Shown piece after piece: positions 44,460 to 53,711 of a stretch of DNA of 64,000 bases. Within the stretch, counting starts at the first letter, position 1. Every line of letters begins with the position of its first letter. Under the pieces are notes generated by a model. That model was given only the letters and a program-made list of their open reading frames with translations, was not told the origin of the DNA and ran no database searches. The position numbers were made by a program, and so were the translations under genes. The DNA is from a virus. Where the stretch lies: IMG/VR virus record IMGVR_UViG_3300035136_000101, one strand, 5' to 3'.

Positions 44460-45314
44460 ATGGCATATATTCAAGGTTCAGCAATAGAAAAGGTGAGAAT
44501 AGGAAGTATTGAGCATAAGCTTGGTGATATACACGATTTTATTCAGGAGGAATATAAAGATGCTTTGCGTATTATTGCTACATTTGATGACCATGTGTTA
44601 GCCTTTAATGGAGAAGGCAAATTAAGGAATATTTCTTTTTTGATAGATGAAGATGGGAAGATGAGAATTAATGAAGACAAAGCATCTAGGTCTATTCCTA
44701 TTATAAAAGAAGAAGAAATCCCATCTCATGTATCAAAAGAACTAAAAAGTATAGCTAAATCTATGATGAATGGTGATGATGTATTGCGAACTCGAGTTCG
44801 CGAGTTGGTGCCTTTTATTAATGATAAAGATATGATTTGGTTTTCTGATATTATGAATGGTATCAAAGAATCTACAAAGCCTAATGAGTGGAGTAAAATG
44901 TATGAGGCTAATGTAGAGCGTATAAAGACAAGACTTTATGGTCGCATTAGAGACATAGAAGGTGGAGTTCCTAAAACAAGATATTCTAGATTGCCGGAAG
45001 AAAGAATTTATGAATTTGCAAAAGAAGTGAATGAATCTATGTCAATTCTTCTTGACCGATATAAAATTATAATAGAAGGTTGCAAAGATTTATCATTTTG
45101 TGATAATAAGTTTTTAGGTGCCGTTTGTGAATCGTTGATAGTTGAAGCGCAGGCTGCTGTTAGTCTGCTTGGTAAGGCCGAAAAGTTGTCAAGGCATGAG
45201 GATTTGCCTTTAGTAGCAAAGGCACATGACAAATTGGCCGACCGAGCAAGGACAATGGTTTTGTTATCAGAATATCTGAAATTAAAAGCAAAACCTAACA
45301 ACAAGGAGCGTTAA
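44460..45314 (+). CDS. hypothetical virion-assembly-region protein
   Basis: ORF track; contains palindrome copy 9 in frame (encoding LRTRVRE). Confidence 0.45.
   Translation: MAYIQGSAIEKVRIGSIEHKLGDIHDFIQEEYKDALRIIATFDDHVLAFNGEGKLRNISFLIDEDGKMRINEDKASRSIPIIKEEEIPSHVSKELKSIAKSMMNGDDVLRTRVRELVPFINDKDMIWFSDIMNGIKESTKPNEWSKMYEANVERIKTRLYGRIRDIEGGVPKTRYSRLPEERIYEFAKEVNESMSILLDRYKIIIEGCKDLSFCDNKFLGAVCESLIVEAQAAVSLLGKAEKLSRHEDLPLVAKAHDKLADRARTMVLLSEYLKLKAKPNNKER
44786..44801. promoter_or_regulatory. 16-bp palindrome GCGAACTCGAGTTCGC (copy 9), inside CDS 44460-45314, about 33 nt upstream of an in-frame ATG
   Basis: perfect palindrome read directly. Confidence 0.8.
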
Positions 45315-45318
45315 TGCA

Positions 45319-46236
45319 ATGACTCGTCAACGAATGAAGACAACATTAGAAGAGGATTTTTCAGCGCTTGGTATAAAAATGAATGCTGGAAGATCCGTGA
45401 AAATGTCTGGTATTATCGAGGAGGATAAAGATGATTCTCCCAAAGAACCTGAAAAGGATTTAGATGAAGACAATGATCCTTTCGATGGTGAATATGTCAC
45501 CAATGAGCTTTTTGACAGGATAGAAGCACTTCCATTAGATGATTTGGAAGAAGATGATATTCAGAAAGTTCTTGATGGTCTTTCTGAAAAGAAAATTCCG
45601 GACAACAATGTTGATATTCTTGAAAGAGCTGAGAAGATAGTAACGGCCTTGAAAGAAGCAAAAGCTACTCGTCAGAGGCGTTTTAAGGGTGGTTCTACCG
45701 CAAGAAAAATGTCCTTTCAGTGCCCCCCTGGGATGCGTGCAGTAAAGACAGGTGGTGGCACACCTGTTTGTAGGCCATCTCATGTTGTAGCTGGTGGAAT
45801 GGGAAAACTGGCAAAAGAAGGACGATTGAAAAAGAAATGGCGTAGAGGAGGCAAAGGCGTTGTTTCTAAGATGCGGTCAGGAAGGGTAGAAAAACGACGT
45901 AAGGGGCTCAGAAGCGAAGAGAATATGTCGTCATTTGCTCAAGAACTTTTGCTTTTATCAGAGGATATATCACGAGAAGAATCGAAGAGTGTTAGGGATG
46001 AAATTGTAGAGCGAATTGTTAATATAGTTGATTTTCTTAATGAGGAATTTTGTGATGATTCAGTGGCTGATATTTATACAGAGTCTGTAGATTCTGTTCT
46101 GGATATGTATGAAGCTGGTCGATTAGAAGAAGACGTAATGGATGATGAAGAGTTTATAGCGGAGTTGAACCCAATACTTACTATTATCAGCAAGTCAATT
46201 AATAAGCTGGATGATGGTGAGTTGGGAAACGATTAA
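45319..46236 (+). CDS. hypothetical protein (acidic N- and C-terminus, basic centre)
   Basis: ORF track; RBS acaaggagcg. Confidence 0.45.
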   Translation: MTRQRMKTTLEEDFSALGIKMNAGRSVKMSGIIEEDKDDSPKEPEKDLDEDNDPFDGEYVTNELFDRIEALPLDDLEEDDIQKVLDGLSEKKIPDNNVDILERAEKIVTALKEAKATRQRRFKGGSTARKMSFQCPPGMRAVKTGGGTPVCRPSHVVAGGMGKLAKEGRLKKKWRRGGKGVVSKMRSGRVEKRRKGLRSEENMSSFAQELLLLSEDISREESKSVRDEIVERIVNIVDFLNEEFCDDSVADIYTESVDSVLDMYEAGRLEEDVMDDEEFIAELNPILTIISKSINKLDDGELGND

Positions 46237-46470
46237 ACCGCTTATCAGAAAAAAAGACTGATGGATCAGGTGGTAAGCGGAAACGGAGAACGGCATATAC
46301 GTCTGGGAGATTAGAATTGATTGGTTATGTTTCACCATTGAAGAGTTTGAGCTTGGATGGAAATAAAACAAGAAGAAAAATCTCTCCAGAAGCTAAGCGT
46401 AAACTAGATCGTAATCCACTTGCTAGAAAACGTGGTCTTCGGTTTAAGAGCTGGAGAAAGTGGTGATATT

Positions 46471-48108
46471 ATGAGCATGAGAAAGATTTTAATCGAATCA
46501 ACTCCTGTAACTCTTTCATTGGTAGAGGGTGCCGGAAATAAGACTATAGCACGTGGTGAATTTGGTCGTTGTGATGTTCCAACTCAGAATGGTAGGGTTT
46601 ATCCTCAGAGATTAATGCAGCGAGAAATTGATCGTCTTCAAGAAGATTTGTCTCATAGGAGAATATTAGGTGAACTTGATCATCCTAGTGATGGAAAAAC
46701 ATCATTGAAGCGTGTTAGTCACGTGATAACTGGGTTGAAAATAAAAGATGGTATTGTAATAGGTGAAGCAGAGATTCTTAATACTCCTGAAGGAAAGACG
46801 TTGAAGGCTCTTATAGAGGCTAACGTTCAAGTTGGAGTATCAAGTAGAGCATATGGTTCTACTGCACCTGCAAAGGGACAATCAGAGGCAGAAGAAGTTC
46901 AAGATGATTTAATTTTGAAGACATATGATTTTGTTGCTGATCCTGCTGTAAAAACAGCTGTTCCTGGTATTTATACTGAAGATGTCGATGATCCAACATT
47001 GGCTAAGATGTTTTTAGATGAGTTTCCAGAAGTTGCAGAGTCTTTAAAAAATATGAATGATGGTGTTTTGTCTGAAGAGAAATTATCAGATAAAAATAAA
47101 GAAGCACCAAAGAAGGATAATGTTTCTGAACAGTTTGAAAGAAGACTTCGTGACGAAATTCTTGAACTAAAGGAAGTTGTTAGACAGGAAATAATTGAAG
47201 AGGTAGAAGCTGATCCTGAAATTGCTGGTTCAAAAGCTGTATTGTCAGCTATAGCTGAAATGGTGAGTGCTTATAAAAAAGATCCTAATGAGGATGATAT
47301 AAAAGCTACTATTAAAGCTGGTGAGCTTCAAGTATCAGAAGCAAATAGAGAACGTGACGAAGCAATTGAAGAGGCTAAAGTATTAAAATGTTGGCTTGAA
47401 ATTGAAAAAAAGATTTCTGGTCATCCAATGATTGAGTCAATTAGGAGTCTTTTGAATGGTAGAAAATTTGAATCAGCTGAAGATGCTGTTTCCGTTGTAG
47501 ATACTATTTTAAAAGACCTTCCAGAGGGAGAAGTAATAAAAAAAGAAGAGGCAAAACTTCGCGAAGAAAATATAGAATTGAATGGTAAAATAACCCTGCT
47601 GCAAAGCAAGGTTGAAGAGTTGTCTAGTAAATTGTCGAAAGCTGCTAAGTTGGGAGAGCGCATAGACCTTCAAAGACGCAAAGAGATTGAAGAATATGAG
47701 TCAAGAATTTCAAAGATTGAAATTGAATCTCAAAATGCTATTAAAGAAGCTGAAGAAGCTAAATTAAAAGCAAAAGAGAGTAGTGAATTGGCTCGTAAAA
47801 AGTTTGAAGAAGCTGATTTGAAAGCCTATAAGCTTGAGAAGGTTGCACGTTTCACTAATGGTAGAGAGTTGATGGCCTTAATGGAAGATGTCCATGATCG
47901 GTCTCGTGTTGATACGTTGATTTCTGAGAGAGGGTTGACTGAGTTAGGAGATCCTACTCTTCAACGAATGAGAAACTCACTTGGTAAAGGACAAGTGAGT
48001 GAAAAACCAATTGTTGAAGAAACAATTCCAAAGAAACAATTCAGAACTGAGTTAGGACATGACCTTGGTGAGATTGTTACTTTGGCTGGGATTTCCAAGG
48101 TGGATTAA
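46471..48108 (+). CDS. putative prohead protease - scaffold fusion protein
   Basis: N-terminal region resembles HK97-type prohead protease segments (GEFGRCDVP ... ILGELDHP ... VGVSSRAYGS); the C-terminal 350 aa is a charged coiled coil; position between portal and capsid. Confidence 0.5.
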   Translation: MSMRKILIESTPVTLSLVEGAGNKTIARGEFGRCDVPTQNGRVYPQRLMQREIDRLQEDLSHRRILGELDHPSDGKTSLKRVSHVITGLKIKDGIVIGEAEILNTPEGKTLKALIEANVQVGVSSRAYGSTAPAKGQSEAEEVQDDLILKTYDFVADPAVKTAVPGIYTEDVDDPTLAKMFLDEFPEVAESLKNMNDGVLSEEKLSDKNKEAPKKDNVSEQFERRLRDEILELKEVVRQEIIEEVEADPEIAGSKAVLSAIAEMVSAYKKDPNEDDIKATIKAGELQVSEANRERDEAIEEAKVLKCWLEIEKKISGHPMIESIRSLLNGRKFESAEDAVSVVDTILKDLPEGEVIKKEEAKLREENIELNGKITLLQSKVEELSSKLSKAAKLGERIDLQRRKEIEEYESRISKIEIESQNAIKEAEEAKLKAKESSELARKKFEEADLKAYKLEKVARFTNGRELMALMEDVHDRSRVDTLISERGLTELGDPTLQRMRNSLGKGQVSEKPIVEETIPKKQFRTELGHDLGEIVTLAGISKVD

Positions 48109-48138
48109 CAACGATCACATTTTAAGGAGAGTTAGATT

Positions 48139-49755
48139 ATGAGTACAGAGGCAAGGCAGCTTCTAGAAATGGCAGGGCCAAATACTATCCATGATGATAG
48201 TTATGCGAATGCTTGTATTTCTAAATGGAAACCATTATTAGAATCAACTGGTAAAGATGACCCAATTGAAATTCCATGGAATAGGAAAGTTACAGCTGTT
48301 CTTCTTGAGAATGAGATGCAGCATCTCAAACAACTCAATGAAGATACGTTGTCAACAAATACTGGGTATTTCACCAAGTATACATTCCCGATTCTTAGGA
48401 GAGTATGGCCGAATCTGATTGCAAATCAAATTGTTAGTGTTCAGCCTATGACTTCACCTGTTGGTGGTATTTTCTATTATGAAAGACGATACACTGATAG
48501 AAAAGGCACAAAAGTTCCATATCTCGGGATTTCGAATGATCCAACAGATATGAACTATGATGGTGAATTGGATGCTGGCGATAGTATGGTTCGGAATTTT
48601 GGTAGATACTATTCGTCTGAGTTTGTGGATTATGATTGTGTTTGTACGGATACTGGAACGAGTACATCTTCTTTAACGAATGCTTCTACTAATTGTAGGA
48701 CTACAGATTGGTCTCCAATTCGTGCTAATGGTACCGTTGGTCAGCGTACATTTTATGTTAAATTCTATTATTCAATGGCGACTGGTCCAGTAGATGTAAT
48801 TGCGACTATGAATGATGCTGGTAATTTGATTGATAATACTGCAAATACGAATAATGTTGGTACATTTGATATTACTGACGGTACTTGGTCAATTACTCCA
48901 GCGGATGCTTCTGGTAGTGCAGATAATTTTGAGGATAATACTGTTGTTTATGTTCAATATTTTGTTGAGTGGGAGAAAGTTTATCAGACTAGTGGAGCTA
49001 AGATTCCTAGCGTTGATTTAAATATAACGCTTCAAACTGTTCAGGCAGAGAGCAGGAAACTTAGGGCGCGTTGGACGGTGGAAGCTGTTGACGATATGCG
49101 TGCACTTCATGGAATAGATGTTGAAACTGAGATTGTTTCAACATTTAGTCATGAAGTTATGCTCGAAATTGACCGAGAGATAATTAATGATTTAATTGCT
49201 GGAGCTATGCATTCAGCATCATATGATTATTTCAATGGTACTGGTGCTGCTGTAATGCCTGGTGAGATTGAGAATATTCGCAGATTACTTACTATAATTG
49301 GTTCGGTATCTGCACAGATTCATAAGACTTCAGGAAGAGCACCTGCTAATTTCTTAGTTGTTGGACCTGCTGTAGCATCATTACTTGATCAACTTTCTAC
49401 GCATGGAGATTATGCATCGATAGAGCAATCGGTTCTTCAACCATCATATGGTCCAGTGATGGCAAATTATGGTATTTGTAGGATAGGTACTCTTCTTAGA
49501 AAATGGACTGTTTATTTGAATCCATTCCAGAATGAGACTAAGATTCTTGTTGGTTTAAAAGGTCGTGGTTTTATTGATGCTGGATATGCATATTGTCCAT
49601 ATGTGCCACTTCAAGTTACACCTACGTTCCTTGATCCTGATGATCAAACATTTAGGAAGGGAATCAGGACAAGATATGCTACTAAGATGCTTCGAAAGGA
49701 GTATTATGGTGTTATTACTTGTTCTAATCTTCCATCTGTTACTAGTGCTCCTTAA
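48139..49755 (+). CDS. putative major capsid protein
   Basis: 538-aa gene following the protease/scaffold and followed by a strong terminator; RBS aaggagagttagattATG; position only. Confidence 0.5.
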   Translation: MSTEARQLLEMAGPNTIHDDSYANACISKWKPLLESTGKDDPIEIPWNRKVTAVLLENEMQHLKQLNEDTLSTNTGYFTKYTFPILRRVWPNLIANQIVSVQPMTSPVGGIFYYERRYTDRKGTKVPYLGISNDPTDMNYDGELDAGDSMVRNFGRYYSSEFVDYDCVCTDTGTSTSSLTNASTNCRTTDWSPIRANGTVGQRTFYVKFYYSMATGPVDVIATMNDAGNLIDNTANTNNVGTFDITDGTWSITPADASGSADNFEDNTVVYVQYFVEWEKVYQTSGAKIPSVDLNITLQTVQAESRKLRARWTVEAVDDMRALHGIDVETEIVSTFSHEVMLEIDREIINDLIAGAMHSASYDYFNGTGAAVMPGEIENIRRLLTIIGSVSAQIHKTSGRAPANFLVVGPAVASLLDQLSTHGDYASIEQSVLQPSYGPVMANYGICRIGTLLRKWTVYLNPFQNETKILVGLKGRGFIDAGYAYCPYVPLQVTPTFLDPDDQTFRKGIRTRYATKMLRKEYYGVITCSNLPSVTSAP

Positions 49756-49825
49756 CGGGATGTGTTGCTCCATTCAATGGGGTGTGGATTGAAACAGTGG
49801 TAGTATAGTATTGTGACCAATTGTT

Positions 49826-49860
49826 AAGGGTCGGGTCGATATCGGCTCGACCCTTTTTTT
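49826..49860 (+). terminator. rho-independent terminator after the capsid gene
   Basis: GC-rich stem AAGGGTCG...CGACCCTT with inner GTCGATATCGGC hairpin, then TTTTTTT. Confidence 0.65.
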
Positions 49861-49872
49861 AGGAGATTAAAA

Positions 49873-50394
49873 ATGCCAAAATATAAGATGAAAAATGGTC
49901 AGAAGCGACAACAGTTTTGTGGTGGTATAACTAGAATTATAAATAATGGTTCTAAAGCTAGTGGTATAAGAGATTTTGTTTTTGAACCAGGTGAGATTGT
50001 TGATACTGGCGATTTTAATCTTAATTGTTGGGTTAGAGATGGATATCTTATTGAAGTAGAAGATGAAATAAAAGATGAATGTTTGGATGAGGATTTAGAT
50101 AAAAAGTTGGATATAATTGAGAATATTTCTTTAGAATCAGATTCGATTGATAATTTTAGTATTGTTGATTCTAATATAGAAGAAAATGATAAAATAGATG
50201 GTGATGATGAAGATAATTGTGACAAAGAAGATAATAAAGAGTTTAATAATTCAGATGATATTAATAATGAAGTAGGTGATTATGTATCAGTAAAAGGTGG
50301 TTTTAGATGTCTTTCTTGTGGAAAGTTTCTTAAAAGTGAGAAGAGAATGATTACTCATGTAGATAGAAAACATAAAGGGTTGAAATTGTATTAA
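49873..50394 (+). CDS. acidic protein with C-terminal C2H2-type zinc finger
   Basis: FRCLSCGKFLKSEKRMITHVDRKH = F-x-C-x2-C-x12-H-x4-H; central D/E/N-rich region. Confidence 0.45.
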   Translation: MPKYKMKNGQKRQQFCGGITRIINNGSKASGIRDFVFEPGEIVDTGDFNLNCWVRDGYLIEVEDEIKDECLDEDLDKKLDIIENISLESDSIDNFSIVDSNIEENDKIDGDDEDNCDKEDNKEFNNSDDINNEVGDYVSVKGGFRCLSCGKFLKSEKRMITHVDRKHKGLKLY

Positions 50395-50406
50395 ATGGAG
50401 GATTCC

Positions 50407-51084
50407 ATGAAAAAAACATTATTTGAGAGTAGGCTTGATAATACAATTGATGCAGGTTTAATAGGGATTGGTGAGACAGTAGAGGTTAGAAATAAAATGG
50501 GTGTTCATGTTGCTGTGGGAGAGGTAGTGGCTGTTACACCTATGGGTTTATCTATTAGAGAAAATGGTTTTTTTGATCGAGATTTATATTTATTTTCTGT
50601 TTTAGAGCCAGAACAATTGGAAGTTGTTGGATATAGTTTATTGAGTTCACCTGATGATCGTGTAGCTAAAAGATTAGCTGAGCTTGGTGAGGAAGTACCA
50701 ATAAATGAAGCTGATAAAATGGATAATTATGTAAATAAAGATAATGGTAATAAAGATGATGAAGATGAAGAAGAAGATGATGATAAAAAAGACAAAGAAA
50801 AAGGGAAGAAATCTAATGGTGATATGGAACCATTAGCAAAACCGGAATCATCGGTGGATGTTGATTCACTTCCGGAAGATATAAAAAAATCTATTATATC
50901 AATTGTTCAGATGAATGAAGACCAACTTAATGGTGTGCTATCTGAAATAGGAGATGCTACAGTAAAGGCATTAAAGAGAGTAAATATAAAGGAACCTGAA
51001 ATTTATAGTGTTGTTGGTAAAATACAAGATTCTGCAGAGAAGATATTGACATCACCTATTAAGCGGTCAATTGGGAAGAAATAA
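50407..51084 (+). CDS. hypothetical acidic protein (poly-D/E tract)
   Basis: start at ATG 50407 after aaatggaggattcc; DEDEEEDDDKKDKEKGKK. Confidence 0.45.
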   Translation: MKKTLFESRLDNTIDAGLIGIGETVEVRNKMGVHVAVGEVVAVTPMGLSIRENGFFDRDLYLFSVLEPEQLEVVGYSLLSSPDDRVAKRLAELGEEVPINEADKMDNYVNKDNGNKDDEDEEEDDDKKDKEKGKKSNGDMEPLAKPESSVDVDSLPEDIKKSIISIVQMNEDQLNGVLSEIGDATVKALKRVNIKEPEIYSVVGKIQDSAEKILTSPIKRSIGKK

Positions 51085-51089
51085 TCATT

Positions 51090-51830
51090 ATGAATTGTGG
51101 AGTAGAATGGAGTGATAATAGAGCAACTGATGTTGTGAAAGAATATATTCTTGATGAACTAGGTTGTGATGTCATAGGTGTTGAGCTCACGGATAAGCAT
51201 TTGGAGAGTGCTATTCGTAAGGCACAGGAATATTGGTTAATGTGGGTTGGTAGGGTACGTTCCGTTGATTTGACGCTTACTAGTGCTAGGGAATATCCTG
51301 CTTCTGTCCTTGGTCCAGATGTTGATAGTGTAGTTGATGTTTATTTCGATGCTTATGATTCTTCTTTGAAAGATATTTTTGGGTGGGCAGATGTAGAGAT
51401 AAATCCATTTCAATATGTTTATGAAGGGAGAGGGGGATATTCTGGATTAGTTCAATATATGATGTATCGGGATGATGCTAAAAAAATTGTATCAGCTGAC
51501 CGAGATTGGCAATGGGATAAGTCTAGGCGTATATTGGTAATATCTCCAGAGAATAGTAATACTAGGAAGATAAAAGTTGTTTATCTTTCAAGATGTTTTG
51601 ATTATAATTATTTAAGTACATATGAGTGGCATCTATTTAAGGAATATGCTTTAATGAGAGCAATGAAAACTTTGGCTACGATTAGAATGAAATATTCTGA
51701 TAAGCCATCTGCAACAGGTACATATACAATGGATGGTGAAACGATGTATGCAAATGCTGAAGCTATGGAAATGCGACTTGAAGAGAAGATGCGGTTGATG
51801 CAACATCCAGTTGGGATAATGACCGATTGA
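51090..51830 (+). CDS. hypothetical structural-region protein
   Basis: ORF track. Confidence 0.45.
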   Translation: MNCGVEWSDNRATDVVKEYILDELGCDVIGVELTDKHLESAIRKAQEYWLMWVGRVRSVDLTLTSAREYPASVLGPDVDSVVDVYFDAYDSSLKDIFGWADVEINPFQYVYEGRGGYSGLVQYMMYRDDAKKIVSADRDWQWDKSRRILVISPENSNTRKIKVVYLSRCFDYNYLSTYEWHLFKEYALMRAMKTLATIRMKYSDKPSATGTYTMDGETMYANAEAMEMRLEEKMRLMQHPVGIMTD

Positions 51831-51845
51831 TAGAACTAATTTTTG

Positions 51846-51861
51846 GCGAACTCGAGTTCGC
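51846..51861. promoter_or_regulatory. 16-bp palindrome GCGAACTCGAGTTCGC (copy 10), 18 nt upstream of the ATG at 51880
   Basis: extended shared context AATTTTTGGCGAACTCGAGTTCGCAAGAGG, same as copy 12. Confidence 0.8.
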
Positions 51862-51879
51862 AAGAGGGAGAATTTTAAA

Positions 51880-52743
51880 ATGGAAGACATCGCAAAGTTT
51901 CGCATTTTGACAGAACAAGTTCTTAGTGAAGATGAAAAAAAACTTACTGGAATAGGGCTTCAAAACAAACAAAGGCGTGAATTAGATGAGGAAGTTGTTG
52001 GATATAAGATAGAATCTTCTAAAAAGGAAGAAGTTCCTTCTTTGGTTTCAGATAATGATAGTGATGATTTGGTTTTTGTTTTTGAAGATGAAGAAGATGC
52101 TGTGGATATGTATTCTTTTTTTGTTGAATCAAAATTTTTAGATGTTGGTGAAATAGTTTTGAGGAATGTTAATGAGGAACATACTGTTTCTTTTAATTCT
52201 AATGTTATTACTATGAAACCAGAACTGATTCAAGCAGCATTGTTAGCATATGAAGATCGTTTATATGTTGAGACAGAAGATGAATTGAAAGCTTTTGAAG
52301 ATGTTATAGAAGGTCTTACTGATTTGTTGGAAGCATCAGGTACAAGAACATCTGGAGCGCCAAAGCGCAAAAAAGGAATGGGTAATCCTTTTCATGATAG
52401 AGATGATGGTAAGTTTTCTGGTGCAGAAAGTCATGCATCAAAAGGTGGTGGGTCTTGGGCTATTGGGAAAAGGAAACTAAAATTTACAGGTAAGGGTAAA
52501 AATAAGGATGGAGGATTGCTTGTAAAATATGGGTCAACGAAGCATCCATGTGGTAGGGCAGCTAGAAAAAAAGGGCTTGATGTTCGTTGTTGGGATGGAA
52601 AGGGTGCATCAGGTTCAACTCTTTCAAGAATTGGTGCTAAGATATCAGGAATTATGAAAGGAAAGAAGCGAGCGAAAGAAGATATAAATATTGCTGATCT
52701 TTCTTTTATAATGGAGATGAGAGCTAAATATAATAATATGTGA
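51880..52743 (+). CDS. hypothetical structural-region protein
   Basis: ORF track; RBS aagagggag. Confidence 0.45.
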   Translation: MEDIAKFRILTEQVLSEDEKKLTGIGLQNKQRRELDEEVVGYKIESSKKEEVPSLVSDNDSDDLVFVFEDEEDAVDMYSFFVESKFLDVGEIVLRNVNEEHTVSFNSNVITMKPELIQAALLAYEDRLYVETEDELKAFEDVIEGLTDLLEASGTRTSGAPKRKKGMGNPFHDRDDGKFSGAESHASKGGGSWAIGKRKLKFTGKGKNKDGGLLVKYGSTKHPCGRAARKKGLDVRCWDGKGASGSTLSRIGAKISGIMKGKKRAKEDINIADLSFIMEMRAKYNNM

Positions 52744-52756
52744 TTTGGAGAAATGA

Positions 52757-53341
52757 ATGGGATGTATAGGCAAGGGGTACTGGGGTTCTCAAGATGAGGA
52801 TTATTTTAAAGCACAGGAAGCAGAAAGGATTGCTTCTTCTGGTACATCTTGTGAATATTATTCTTTGAATAGAGGAAAGAATGTAGATCCTCTTTATGGT
52901 GAGCCAGATAATGATCCTCTTTATGGTGGAACGAATCCAAAATCACCTATTGGTACATCTCAAACTCACGATCTTGCGTGGAATTTTTGTCCAGATATAG
53001 CACAAGGTGATTCTGCTATTATTATTCCATGTTCTTTTCAATATGAAGAAGCTGAAAATAGAAGTCCAATGGTTAGACCAGAGGGTAAGATTGTGGAATA
53101 TGATGCAGTAATGTCTATTGCTGTTAATCATTGGATTTGTGAAATCTTAGAATCTGGGTTGATTTGTTTGAGTGGTAGGGTACCAAAAGAAGATGATGTT
53201 GTTTATTGCTTTAATGAATGGTGGGATGTTGTTAAAGTTGGTGGGTCTGGATATATATTGGGAACACCTATTTATGTTGGATATAAATTTGAGTTAAAAA
53301 AGAGAACTCAATTTACTCCTGATAGAAAAGTTGATTTATGA
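52757..53341 (+). CDS. hypothetical structural-region protein
   Basis: ORF track. Confidence 0.45.
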   Translation: MGCIGKGYWGSQDEDYFKAQEAERIASSGTSCEYYSLNRGKNVDPLYGEPDNDPLYGGTNPKSPIGTSQTHDLAWNFCPDIAQGDSAIIIPCSFQYEEAENRSPMVRPEGKIVEYDAVMSIAVNHWICEILESGLICLSGRVPKEDDVVYCFNEWWDVVKVGGSGYILGTPIYVGYKFELKKRTQFTPDRKVDL

Positions 53342-53709
53342 TAACAAAAGAAATGATTGATGTTGAGTTGTCAACTGGGTTGTGTTTTGTTTGTTCTTCT
53401 TGTGAATATTGGCATAATTCAAAGGGGAAAGAACATATTTTCATGTGTGGTCATGACAGATGTGGTGGTCCAATGGTTGGTCGTGGATTTCCTGAATACA
53501 AAGGGCCATATGAAAATAAATTGTCGGAATATTGTTTTATATGTGGGAAAGATGCAGATGGTTCTATTAAAATAGGTGGTAGATTGCTTGGGTTTTGTAA
53601 AAATGTTGGTCCAAATAATGAAACATGTTTTGATAAAATGAAGAAAATGCTTTCTGGTAATAAAGTAATTGCAAAAGAGATTATTGTTAATAAAATTGAT
53701 AGTATTTAG
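53338..53709 (+). CDS. Cys-rich hypothetical protein
   Basis: CFVCSSCEYWH ... CGHDRCGG ... CFICGK. Confidence 0.4.
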   Translation: MITKEMIDVELSTGLCFVCSSCEYWHNSKGKEHIFMCGHDRCGGPMVGRGFPEYKGPYENKLSEYCFICGKDADGSIKIGGRLLGFCKNVGPNNETCFDKMKKMLSGNKVIAKEIIVNKIDSI

Positions 53710-53711
53710 AT

